Source: Octopus sinensis | Taxonomy: Eukaryota | Direction of reading: 5' to 3' | NCBI RefSeq assembly: GCF_006345805.1 | Contig: NC_042998.1 | Span: 160,580,001 to 160,644,000, forward strand | Length of the DNA: 64,000 nucleotides | Part shown: positions 24,906 to 36,389 of the stretch, in pieces | How positions within the stretch are numbered: position 1 is the stretch's first letter | How the letters are laid out: each line of letters begins with the position of its first letter | Notes under the pieces: model-generated | Databases searched by the model: none | What the model was told of the DNA's origin: nothing | Seen by the model: only the letters and a program-made list of their open reading frames with translations | Translations under genes and position numbers: made by a program

Positions 24906-25132
24906 GAAAAGGTAAAAGGAAAAAGGCCTCCTTGGCTAAGTGTATTCAAGTATTCAAGAGGTGGGATGAGGAAGAGATGGCTTTAAGCCAGATGTTGGGG
25001 ATCAGAAAAACTTTTTTTGTCTTTTGTTAGTACTTGGTTAGTTTAATACCTTTCAATTACAAATATCTTATCTCTGGTAATACTATTCTCAGTTTCTTCT
25101 AGCTCTCTCATTCAAGTTGTAAGAAAAAAGAA

Positions 25133-25455
25133 AGACCCTCTTTGGTTATGAATGACCATGGGATTATACCTAGAAAGTTACCTTCTGATGTACAAGTCTG
25201 GGCAAGGTTGTTTATGGACGATCAGCAGTTGCTCATGCATATTAGCCTCCCATCTCGACACCACTGATATTATCCAAGCTAAAAATCAAAAGTCGATACA
25301 GCTTGGCACCAGTGATGTCACAACTCATTTCTACAGCGAGTGAACTGGAACAACATGAAATGAAGTGTCTTGCTCAAGAATACAATACACGGCCTAGTAC
25401 AGGAATTGAACTCACTACCTTGTGATTGTGAGCCCAATATTCTAACCACTGAGCA
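25133..25455 (-). mobile_element. SINE with B-like head/core and a third, longer tail
   Basis: Head/core (TAACCACTGAGC, GAATTGAACTC, AAGTGTCTTGCTCAAGAA, GAGTGAACTGG) joined to a ~190-bp tail ending ATGACCATGGGATT..CCTAGAAAGTTACC. Confidence 0.8.
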
Positions 25456-25647
25456 TCATCTAATTAAACACACTAGTTAATCTATACGCCCCACTCTCCC
25501 ATTTGCAAAGATTTCCTATATATTCAGCAAAGAAAATTCTGAAACCTGGTAAAAGAGAATAACTCTACTATCAGATGCTTCTCACCAGAATCACATTATC
25601 TTATTTAGAGCCTCTCATAACACAAATCTTTAGAAGTTTACTTTTTG

Positions 25648-25839
25648 GTTTCAAATTTTGGCACAAGACCAGTTGATCATGTCAACCCCCAGTGCCAACT
25701 GGAATTTTCCTATTGACCCTGAAAGAAAGGGAAGCAAAGTTGACCCTGGCAGAATTTAAAACTCAGAAAGTAAAGATGGATGAAATGCCACTAAGCATTT
25801 TGTCCAGTGTGATAATGATTCTATCTGCTCTCTGCCTTA
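25648..25839 (-). mobile_element. SINE family C
   Basis: TTTCAAATTTTGGCACAAG..AAAGTTGACCCTGGCAGAATTT..TGCCTTA. Confidence 0.8.
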
Positions 25840-26429
25840 CTTATTAAACACCATAATTATTTTGATTGACTTTCATCTTTTCAAGATCAATAAAATAAAG
25901 TACTAATCTAGAGTAGTGAACTGGCAGAAGTTTCAAAGTATCACATATGATGCCCTGTGGAATTTGTTCTGGCTCTTTCCATTCTGAGATCAAATCCTGC
26001 TGTGACCTACTTGCTGTGTTCAATAGTGCCAACTTGTCATTGGGTGCCTATAGTGAAGGGCTCCACACTGTTCCAAGCATTTGGATCAGGTTTTTGGTTT
26101 GATGATACCATCTTCTTGCCCTCTCACCACTCTTCTTGGAGTCTCTGAAAAGTGTCATGGATACTACCTTTCCTTCTAACAGCAATAAAAATAAAGCTCA
26201 CATGCTGAGCAAGTTGCTTCAAAGACCCCAAAGGTACACTATGAAAATGTACTTCCACCATAGACCAAATATACTCACATGAAGCTTGACTATATTTTGA
26301 TATATTTCACCAGACTCACATACCAAACAAAAGGACCTTTGTAAACCAACAAAAGAATATCTACATGGCTGCTCTATATTTTTGAAATAGCAGTTAAATC
26401 TAATTGAAAACACATTCTGCTCTTTTAAG

Positions 26430-26524
26430 AAATGGAAGGACTCTGAATAATTTAGCTCTAGACTCACATTATTATCAACCAATGCTTGAAAAAGTACTGA
26501 AGACTTATGACTTAGGGATAAACG
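26430..26524 (+). CDS. Candidate 95-nt internal exon (R)NGRTLNNLALDSHYYQPMLEKVLKTYDLGIN(G)
   Basis: Acceptor ATTCTGCTCTTTTAAG, donor ACG/GTAACT, open frame. Phase-compatible with 20287-20325. No family recognised. Confidence 0.28.
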
Positions 26525-26596
26525 GTAACTATAAGAACTTCCTAGGAAACTTCGTCTGCTGCTTTTAATTCCTGTAGCATTATTCTTTTCTACTCT

Positions 26597-26720
26597 AAGT
26601 ACAAGATCTGAAATTTTGGTGGGAGGAGCCCGGATGATTAGATCAACTCCAGTACACAACTGGGACTTAATTTATCAACCCCAAAAGGATGACAGGCAAA
26701 GTCGACCTCGGCGGAATTTT
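26597..26720 (-). mobile_element. SINE family C fragment
   Basis: AAAGGATGACAGGCAAAGTCGACCTCGGCGGAATTT. Confidence 0.8.
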
Positions 26721-27176
26721 CTATAGCATTATTATGAAGCTAAAACAAGTGGCAGCATATGTTCTCATTTGCTTAGATCTTTACCTAGGTTATGTATTCA
26801 GTATGTTGGTCAGGTACATCTTTCTCCACCAATGCTTTTTCTTGGCATCTCTCCTTAGGTTTCACCCACGTCATCTAAACCAACCATCAGTTCAGGAGGA
26901 CTTCATGAAACCAAGTGCTTTGATAACTCTTGGGATTAACAAATTAAATGAATATTCTACTTGGAATTATCAAAGTACATTATCAATTAATTCAATATTC
27001 TATATTAATACAGTGATATTCAATTATATTAATCACGCCTTATAATTATACTTCAGTATGAACTATACTGAACTGGAGTGTGGAACAGATACAGAATAAG
27101 CCATTTTGTCACAAGTCTGCTGTGTTCCTATGCTTAACATTAGTAATAACATAGAAGAGAGGAGTGATTTTAATAC

Positions 27177-27392
27177 TGATTTCAAATTTCAGCACAAGGC
27201 CAGCAGTTTCAAGAATGTCGGGTAAGTCACTTACATTGACCTTAGTACTCAACTGGTACTTATTTTATCGACCCTGAGAGGATGAAAAGCAAAGTCGACC
27301 TTGGTGGAATTTGAACTCAGAACATAATGTAGACAATATGTCACTAAGCATTTTGTCTGTTGTGCTAATGATTCTGCCAGCTTGTTGCCTTA
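27177..27392 (-). mobile_element. SINE family C, full length
   Basis: Complete head, core and tail, homologous to 3211-3427. Confidence 0.88.
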
Positions 27393-27449
27393 TGGAGTGG
27401 TTTTAATATTGCTATGGACAAGTTGACAAAAGTCTCTTACAACCTTCAA

Positions 27450-27675
27450 CACTCTTTAGCACTTAAACTGGCCATATCTAGCCAAATTATTCAACCTGCT
27501 TTGTGTTGAAACCTATCAGGTCTGACCTCTCACACTTATCCTACAAGGTCATCTAAAAGTAAACAGCTACGTCATCGGAATCTTGAAGTTACAAGATAAT
27601 GCAGGATTAATTCAAAACAATGCTGAATAAATAAGCATTACATTTGACAGAATAATGTGAATGCTAATGAGTTAA
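27450..27675. mobile_element. piggyBac-type MITE (decayed)
   Basis: Ends ACTCTTTAGCA.. / ..ATGCTAATGAG-TTAA. Body shared with 22126-22326. Confidence 0.65.
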
Positions 27676-28017
27676 ATAAAGAGATGCATTTTCCAGCATT
27701 GAATTATGAAAGTTTAGATTACATAAAGAGTATAATTTGTCCAGGGTCTGAAATGTTTCAGTATTGTAACCTGCAAGCTAATAGATTTATTGGGTCATAT
27801 CCCTTGGACTGGCAATAATCCCTTATAACCAGCTTTAAATAGCTAACCAGAGAAAAGTACATCTTACTCAACAAAAGCATTTAATTGATGAGTTATACTC
27901 AGCATGAAATTCTAAGCTTTTCTCTTTCTAATGTAAAGAGGTGCAGACATAGCTGTATGGTTGTGAAATTTGCTTCACAATCATGAGGATTCATGTATTG
28001 CATTATATCAATGAAAT

Positions 28018-28245
28018 CTTCATCATCATTTCATTTAATGTCTGTTTTCTATGCTGGCATGGGTTGAACTGTTTGACAGCAGCTGGTAAGGCCAGGAGCT
28101 ACACTAAGTTCCATAGTCTATTTTGTCTTGGTTTCTACAGCTGGATGTCCTTCCCAATGCCAATCATATTACAGTGCACCGGATGCGTTTATGTGGTACT
28201 ATCACCAGTGCATTTCGCAGGGCACCATCACCAGTGCCCTTCTTG
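28018..28245 (-). mobile_element. RTE 3' tail fragment
   Basis: (CAT)n TTTAATGTC..GCATGGGTTG..TTTCTACAGCTGGATGTCCTTCCCAATGCCAA. Confidence 0.8.
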
Positions 28246-28359
28246 AGAAAACATTATCAAAGTTTTAAGTCTTATAATTAAGAAACTGATGAACTTACAA
28301 ATAGGGTAAATTGTTCTCTAGTAATAAGAGTTTAAGATACATTACAAAAAAAAGTTAAG

Positions 28360-29246
28360 CATAAGGTGGTATGAAAAAGTTTCTGCACTAGTTATGTTTA
28401 ATAAAGAATAACTTATTTACCTAAGTTTCACCATCATCTCCTTCAAAATAATCACCTTGTACTGTAATACACCAGTCCCAGTGTTCCTGCTACTTTTGTA
28501 ATCCAGTCTGGAAGTTTTTTTCTGTAAGCAAGTTGAGGACCTTCTGCGATTCATTCTAGACCTCACCAACTGTGTTAAAACAGTGACCTTTGAGCTGTAT
28601 TTTCATCTTGGAGAAGAGATGGAGGTTCACAGATGCTAAAATGACAAATAGGGTGGGTGCAGAAGTGAAACCACATTGTTTTTGGTGAGAGACTCATGAG
28701 TGAGGAGAGCTTGGTGAAGAATTTAATTCTCTGCATTGCTTTCACTGAATGTTCTTCCTCAAATGCTTCAAAATGTTTCAGTAGAATTCTCGATCGATGG
28801 TCTGGCCCTGGGGGATGAATACTCTTGCACAATACAACATTTCTGGGGGTGATGCTCATGGCAAGTCTTCCAAATCACACATTGTCTTCCAGAGATGTTC
28901 TTCTACTTTTGAAGCACCTGTGCAACTTGAAACATTGCATATAACCCATTGCTTCATCACTGTACACTTACCAAAGCATGCTCAATGTCTCTGTAGCAGA
29001 CTTCCCAAATTTGATGCAAAATTTCATGTTGGTTTTTTGTTCCTGTCCATGAGAAAATTGCATACTACAGCATACATATAATCACAAAAACACAAATGAC
29101 ACAACTTATGAAGTGAAAACAGCAATGTCACTTGGTACACTGCCTCATGAAGATCACTGCTAGCTCTCACTGTGCATGCAACCATCTGCTGCCATCTGTT
29201 GGTGCACTACAGAACTAGTCCAGGAACTTTTTGATACCACCTTGTA
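28360..29246 (-). mobile_element. Internally deleted, decayed mariner (DD34D-type) transposon
   Basis: ~34-bp TIRs (CATAAGGTGGTATGAAAAAGTTTCTGCACTAGTT / revcomp TACAAGGTGGTATCAAAAAGTTCCTGGACTAGTT). Minus strand encodes N-terminal HTH NMKFCIKFGKSATETLSML..EAMG..CF..FKSRRTSLED and a frameshifted C-terminal HPPYSPDL-like region (LFPKMK.QLKG). Confidence 0.9.
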
Positions 29247-29976
29247 GATATGTAACTTATTTTGTAAGCTGACTGTTTGGATTAAAAAAAACTCATTAGA
29301 GAATTAACTCTTACTGCATAGGAGCTGAGCATATTTGGTTACATGCATTGTGCACTTGAGACACAGGAACTGAGTGACTGATACTAAAAATTGAACAGTT
29401 TTTATCAAAAGTTCATTTCCTGAGGTGAACATTTGTACTTCCAAGAATATTATTCATAATGGTGAAGTAGAATAAGGTGTTATCAAACAAATTTTTCTAC
29501 TTCAAGCTAGCATTAGAAAACAACTGTGTGTAAGGTTGGTTGTGGATGAACTAAGTTCTGGGGTTTGGTTGGGAAATTGGATCAAACCAATTTTTTATTT
29601 GTTGTGTACAAATATCTGGCCACATGTTTATTGAAGTGTTTATTCTCTATATTCTTTATTAAATATGTATTTTGTGTTATCTTGGAAGATTTTTTACTTC
29701 AAACCCTAAGAAAAAGAAAGAGACAAAGTAGAAAACTGAGAAATCTGTCAGAAGTCATTTATTTACCAAAAAGAATTGTTAGCTGTCACTAAGATATTGT
29801 GGATGCAGTCTTTAAACTAGAATATATTTAATCCTTACCAATGTTTTGGCATGGCCAGTTATCTTACCAAGATAAATACAAATTTATAGTCTATTTCAAT
29901 TTTCTTTTGTGTTATTAATGATCTGGGATATTTTTTCTTTTATTTATTTTTACAGTTTTTGCTATGTTGTTGTTGC

Positions 29977-30010
<34 letters not shown>

Positions 30011-30852
30011 ATTATCATTATCATTATTATACTCCCCTTTCTACTACTCAGTCCATAACTATATATGGCCGAAGAGAATTTTTTTTCCTATTTTTTATTT
30101 ATATTATTTAGCTTTTCTTTTTCAGTCGGTATCACGCAATCTATATGGTATCAAATATCTCTCTTGTTCTGTATAATATATTGTCTTCGACATTTGTGTC
30201 ATTTTATTTCCCCCTCCATCTCCACCAAAAACCATCACTAGCAGCAGCAGGTGCAGCACCACCACCACCACCTTTCAAATCTTTTTATTTTTTCCTTATT
30301 TCTTTGTAACTTATAGCATACTCTATTTTCAGCCTTTTGTCTTTTTCATCCAACAGGGCAGTACTTGAGCAATGCACCTGTCAATCATTTAACAGGCAAA
30401 GGGAAAACTCAGTGGGCAAAAAACACTTACACTTTCAAACATTTGCATAGATTAGGTCCACTTTGCATGCTGACTTGAACTGGAGGCCATTTTTGTCACA
30501 GTTTTGGCATTAAATGTAGATGTGTTTCTTCTGGTTAGTCTCTCTCTCTCTCTCTCTTCTTTTCCTGTTTTCACTTTTCCTATCACTGCTAATACTTAAC
30601 ACACCTCTTATAAAAATGCTTTTTTTTTAATCTACAAACATTCAGTAATTTATTATTTTTCTTTCTTTTCCAATACCTGTGATCAAGTAATTAGGAATCA
30701 ACTCGTTTCTGCCCCTTTCTCTTTAACAATCAAGATGGTGCTTGTTTTCATCTATTTTCCCCTCCTTATACAATCAAATAGAATAAAGATCAACCCTTTC
30801 TCTTCTTTCTGGTTCTCTTTATCAGCTAATTCATTTTACACCTTCTCCTCCC

Positions 30853-30887
<35 letters not shown>

Positions 30888-32508
30888 AATATCTCTTCTC
30901 TTCTGGCTCTGCTAACTACTCAATTCACTTTAACTTAAACATTTCATACCAAACCCAGTCTTCCTTTTTTAAACTCAACAATAATCATTGCCTTAAATTT
31001 ATTTTATTTTATTCTTTTGTTTTGTTGTTTTCATTTCCATCTCTTTATCTCTGTTTGCAATTTTAGGCTATTATTTTATACTATCTAGAATTTTTTTTTT
31101 TTTTTACAACCAACCCGTTAACTTTTTCTCTTCTACTTCTCTCATAGGACATGATAGTAATATCTTCTGAAAGATCTAGACGGACAAAGTTCTTTTTTTT
31201 TTTTTTAGAAATGAAGAAGGTGGGTTACATTGTTGAAAATTAAAGGAATATTTGGACTGTTATCAAGTACTTTTGTTTTGTTTGTTATCATTTCACAACC
31301 TAACCATCACCTTACCTTTTCATCTCTCACCAGTTGGCATTTGAGTATTATAACCTGTGATTAGCCATCAGTTTAACTTGATTATTGCATCAGCTGATCA
31401 TTTCAGAAAGTAGCACCCAGTTAGCATAGGAGTCAATAGAAAATTTGAATCAATAGCTGCTGTTTTTACCTTAATATTTTCACTTCCTATAATTTTCTCC
31501 CTTTTATTATTTAGCTCTAGTGATTTGATCTTTCAAATTGAGTTTTCTTCTTGCTGCTCTTTGTTTATTATTTACAGTAGTGTGGGGGAAGTAATATTGG
31601 CGTTATGCACATAATGTACTTATGTCTTTTAGTGTTGTTAAATTTTTAAAAATTTAAATTCATTTATTTTAGAAACATTGTAACAGTTTAAATTTCTTTT
31701 GAGACTTCCTTCTTTTATTAAGTCTTTTCTTTCTTACATACATTTCATCAGAAATGAATTCATGGTTGTTTCTAGTCATATCAAATAGATATTTTAAGGT
31801 TACTGCAGTGTTTATTTGTTTTCGTTTTAACATGTAGATAATGATGTAAGAAAATGCAATACATGGGAGTTATCTCTAAAACTAGTTCTCTTAAGTCAAC
31901 CATATTAATTTATTGCAATTTTCCCCTGACTTAATTATGCTCTAGTTGCAATTTTACTCCAGCCTCTGCCTATGTTTGTGTAAGTCTTGGATTTTCTCAA
32001 TACTTCTGCAACAATTTTTATATATTGTGTTACTTTTTGTACAGCAAATCATTACATTGATTGTACATTTTGACACCTTTCACATGCAGGATTTTCATAT
32101 TTCATCAGTTTTCACTCAACTTCTTATTAGTTTCATTTCAAGGAAGTGAGTTGTGCTTATGACTTTTGCAGGACCTTGAAAACTGGAGAGAATGATGCAA
32201 TTAATGCCTCTCTTGGATAGTTATCAGATAGCTGCTGGAAAACACAGGCAGGTGAATTCTAAGATATTATTGCCTGGAAACATGACAAACAAATTCAGAG
32301 TCAGTCATCAGTAATGCAACAGAATTAACAATAATAATACTATAATGCTATCTTTTTGCTCTTTGTGTTCATCTAGTTTTAACTAATGTAAAGTTTATGA
32401 TTTCCAACATTATATATGTGTTATTCTTCTCACTCATCTTAATATTTTTTAAATACCTAATTTCAAATACTTAATGTAGTTAAAATGTAAGTTATGTAAC
32501 TGCATTAA

Positions 32509-32807
32509 CCCTCTTGTGACACCTGGACTAATTGATGGGCCTAAGTGATACAAGCCGAAAAGACTTTGAGACTGATCCATGGACCTGATGGAACAAACAT
32601 ATTGAAATGTAATAGCCTATCAAGGGTTGTCTTTCAGTAGATATAATATAAAACTATACAATATATATAGTTTCACATACTAATAAAGTAGTTTTAGGTA
32701 CTTTATCCTTAGTTTTCTACATGCATCTATCAATTTCAGTTTTAACAAGAAAAAAAACTTTGGTCTTTTTGGCTACACATACCAAAATACAGTGTCTCTC
32801 AAAAGGG
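32509..32807. mobile_element. piggyBac MITE, 299 bp
   Basis: TTAA TSDs at 32505-32508 and 32808-32811. TIRs CCCTCTTGTGACAC / revcomp CCCTTTTGAGAGACAC. Confidence 0.85.
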
Positions 32808-33582
32808 TTAAGTATTTTATTTCTTGAAAAAATTACAACCCTCTAAACATCCTGTATTCCCCATTGTGTCCCTGTCACATTGTGTGCCTATGACTTTTGC
32901 ACTTACATTTCAAACACTTGTGGTGGAATGAAGTGGGTGACGAGAGCGAGAGGACTGAATGTGAGGGCTTGCAGCTTTCCAGATTGAAGATGAAGCATGG
33001 GTAAAGCCCCCTAATGCATGGTGTACAATGAAGTGGGAGAAAGGAAGGGTAACTGTGATCAGTACTCAGAGTAATATGTTAATGGATAGAATGCTGTGTG
33101 ACATCTTGGATATTCAGAGGGTGGTTAGCTCCACTGATGACGAAGGGAGTGGGGAGAGGCTGGCCCTGTGACCCTGTGAAGATCACAAAGGGAACGTTAT
33201 ATACAGATTATATTTGTACATGTTTGTTTTTATTACTATTCTCAACAGCAACGACATTAATAACCATAAACAAAAAGTTGCTAAATTCATGAAAAGAAAA
33301 AGAAAAGAGCCTTTGGTTAATTTCTACCAAGACTTTGAATTATTCCTCAATCAAGTAACTGATGCTGTGTTTGTGATTTCATCTACTTCCACTCATAGAT
33401 ATAATAAACCATTCTTTCTAATCTAACCAGCATTGCCAATGAGACTGCATCATATAGGGACAACATCACAATCAATAAAAGTGTGGCTTATTCATCTATA
33501 TTTAGCCAGGTATCCTTGCAGTAATTGCTTCTCTTCATGTGAAACTGAATGCTGATTACTTTCATTCATTCCCATTAGCATA

Positions 33583-33629
33583 ATTATTATTATTATTATT
33601 ATTTTATTATTATTATTATCATTATTATT

Positions 33630-33666
<37 letters not shown>

Positions 33667-33768
33667 ACATCATCATCATCATCATCATTATTATTATTAT
33701 TATTATCATTATTATTATTATCATTATTATTATTATCATTATTATTATTATCATTATTATTATTATTA

Positions 33769-33801
<33 letters not shown>

Positions 33802-33809
33802 TATTATTA

Positions 33810-33850
<41 letters not shown>
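33583..33850. repeat. ~270-bp compound (TAT)n/(CAT)n array
   Basis: Direct inspection. Includes repeated CAT(TAT)4 units. Confidence 0.97.
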
Positions 33851-33853
<3 letters not shown>

Positions 33854-33879
33854 CTAACCACATAAAGGGAGCCTGTATG

Positions 33880-34072
33880 TAATTACATGAGCCAACAAAG
33901 TAGCCTCTATACAATCATTCAACCTACTAGAAGTAGCAGTCAGATCTCCCTCATGTTACACTACCATCTTGAAATATATATGCAATACCCAAGAAAATGA
34001 TGGGGTGGTCATGGCTATGATGGTAGTCCTGCTTAATCAACACTAACCTAGGATTAAACTACAACATCTTTG
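33880..34072 (+). mobile_element. Repeat family D
   Basis: GAGCCAACAAAGTAGCCTCTA..CTACTAGAAGTAGCAGTCAGATCTCCCTCA..GGGGTGGTCATGGCT. Confidence 0.65.
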
Positions 34073-34425
34073 TTACTAAATATTTAATTATAATTCTTTA
34101 TTTGACCTGGCTGTGGAACTGATAATGTATTTATTTTAACATATCATTTCTCTAGTGACAAAGAGTTCTCACATGTAGAGGGTTCTCACTGCAGTTTGTA
34201 ATGAAGAAAAACATTCTCACTTAAGACAAAAGGGTGTTAAAATACCATAGCACAAGTCTTCTAGCTGACTAAAAAAAATGGAAGGACACAGATCTAGATT
34301 TAATAGCTCTCAGCCTCTCGTAAGTCAGTGCTCCCTTTCACAGAATGGCATTTACAAATACCTCCATTTATTTTGAAGAAAAAAACAAAGATGATTATTT
34401 TACTCAAATGGAAGAAACTTTTCTG

Positions 34426-34809
34426 CAGTGTTTTATAACCCATACTTTTTTCATACTTATCTCATTCAGTATGTGCTCCTTCTTGATATCAAATATTATT
34501 GGAAGTAATTGAATAAAGTGGGCACCTATGTAATGAAATTATATAAGACCTGGGCACATCATCAATCATGTTTATACTTACAGACAACACAATGCCCTAC
34601 CCACATTTTAATCCTGAAAAAGATATTTTCTTTGAAAATGTATTTTAGATATATATGTATTGTAAACATTTTAAATAGTTTATTTCTGAGAAAATTCATG
34701 ACCCCTCAAACACCTGGTGTCTCCCATAGTGCCATTTAATATTTGTTGGCTGTCACATACATTTACAATACTCCCAAGAGGGTTCTGCCACCCAGGTTAA
34801 GAACCACTG
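34426..34809. mobile_element. Possible decayed hAT (Charlie-like) MITE
   Basis: CAGTGTTTTATAACC vs GGTTAAGAACCACTG (12/15 inverted match). No TSD retained. Confidence 0.4.
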
Positions 34810-35199
34810 TTCTCAATACATTATCTTTGAATAAAAGATGGGGTAGTGACAACTGGAATGTTTTTGATCAACACAACTGAACTGAAGTAACAATAACTAC
34901 GATTTCCTGAATAGATTGTTTTATCCACATATGCCACTACTCATTTGGGATAACATGGAATAAATTTTCTTTATACAATGTGTCAGACAATTTGTATTTC
35001 AAATATTCTCATTCTTAAATCCCATTATGTACAACATTCAGGCCATTATATTTCACCAAATTCAACATTTTATATATCACAGTATACTTACATTTAATTA
35101 TAATTGTTACATTTTGTGTTTAGTATTTAATCAATGGTAGGCCTGTTACACATTTTTTTATCATTTTGCTTTGACATAATAATATATATATATGTATAT

Positions 35200-36095
35200 A
35201 TAGCTGAAATTTATAGAAAGACAAAAGATGAAGACAGGTGTATGAACAACAAGCAAATGTATTAGCAGTGGTGGCTTCTAGATAAAATTAGTTGGGATGC
35301 TGCTTCAGAAAATATTTAGCAGTTGTTTTAATTTATTGTGCATAATAGGAAACAAACATATAAAAAAAATTATACATAAACTCGATTGGTTCATGTTTTA
35401 GCCACTGTCGAGTAGTGTGTCTGAACATTGTCATGAATCCCCCCCCCTGTTTTTCAACCCCACCCCTTAAATCACAAAATAAGGGGGCAAAATGTGTTCT
35501 ATTTTTCAAATCCTGGCAGTAACACTGAAGCTGGAAGCAGGGTAATAATCTAATTCGACACTTTATCCCATTCAAGAATATAAACACGTTTTTAAGCACA
35601 ACACATGGTGTGAAAAAGAAACAGTACCTTTCACCAGAACACTGGGGTCGGCACTATTGTTCATGCAGTGCTCTCTCTCCCTAGCATGAAGCTTCCTATC
35701 TTGGACATGTGAGCATGCACACAACAGCCAAAGACTGTGTCACCGAAACTGTGAAGAGTACAATTCTATACAAGGATTTTTGTATTTTTTTCATAAACTA
35801 GGGGATGGCTACTGACATTAAGCTTAAGGATTATATAATGTACAAGCATAAAGAAAGAATTAAAGAAAAAAGGACTCATTATATTGAATGTTATCGATAA
35901 TATCGAGTGGAAATAGGGGGTGCTGCAGTTCTGCAGTGCCTGTACATAATCCACCACTGTGTATTAGTTTGACACTCAGGAAAATGAACTTTTACGTTTT
36001 AAACATACACTCTTCAACAGAAAGGAATACGAGAAAATAAACAGAGAGAGAATGAAAAAACTTGTAGATTTCAGTGGTTCAGCATGATATATGTG
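35200..36095 (-). mobile_element. PLE pLTR-like module with a decayed hammerhead motif, split by a hAT MITE
   Basis: Halves 35200-35265 and 35960-36095 rejoin across the TSD. Minus strand reads CUUU-CUGUUGA-A-GAGU-GUAU-GUUU-AAAAC-GUA-AAAG (36024-35989). Adjacent to a TA tract at ~35185. Confidence 0.6.
35266..35959. mobile_element. Non-autonomous hAT element, 694 bp, perfect 8-bp TSD
   Basis: TSD TGTATTAG at 35258-35265 and 35960-35967. TIRs CAGTGGTGGCTT / revcomp CAGTGGTGGATT. Subterminal GGGRTGCTGC motifs. Confidence 0.92.
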
Positions 36096-36389
36096 TGTGT
36101 GTGAAGACTTAGAAATTTCTGGTTAGATTGATAATGCACATTGGCTGCTAGGATGAAACTGGTTCATGAGTAGGTGCTCAAAGCAGTGGACTGAAAACAT
36201 ACAAATTCAAATATGTTTGAGAGGTATTTGAACCCGCAAAGGATTCTCATTGCAGTTTGTAATAAGAAAAAATTCTCACTTAAGACAGAAGGATGTTAAA
36301 ATATCATAGCACATGTCTTCTAGCTGACTTTTCTATACCCCCTTGAAGATGCCAGAGTTTAAGATTTTATTCTACACACATATATATAT

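Noticed and set aside
26219-26659. 146-aa minus-strand ORF
   Set aside because: It starts inside a SINE-C fragment, has no recognisable motif or splice signals, and is better explained as a chance or antisense frame over the plus-strand candidate exon.
33134-33150. CTGATGA followed by CGAAG
   Set aside because: There is no stem II between the core blocks, GAAG is not GAAA, and there is no stem I, so it is not a hammerhead.
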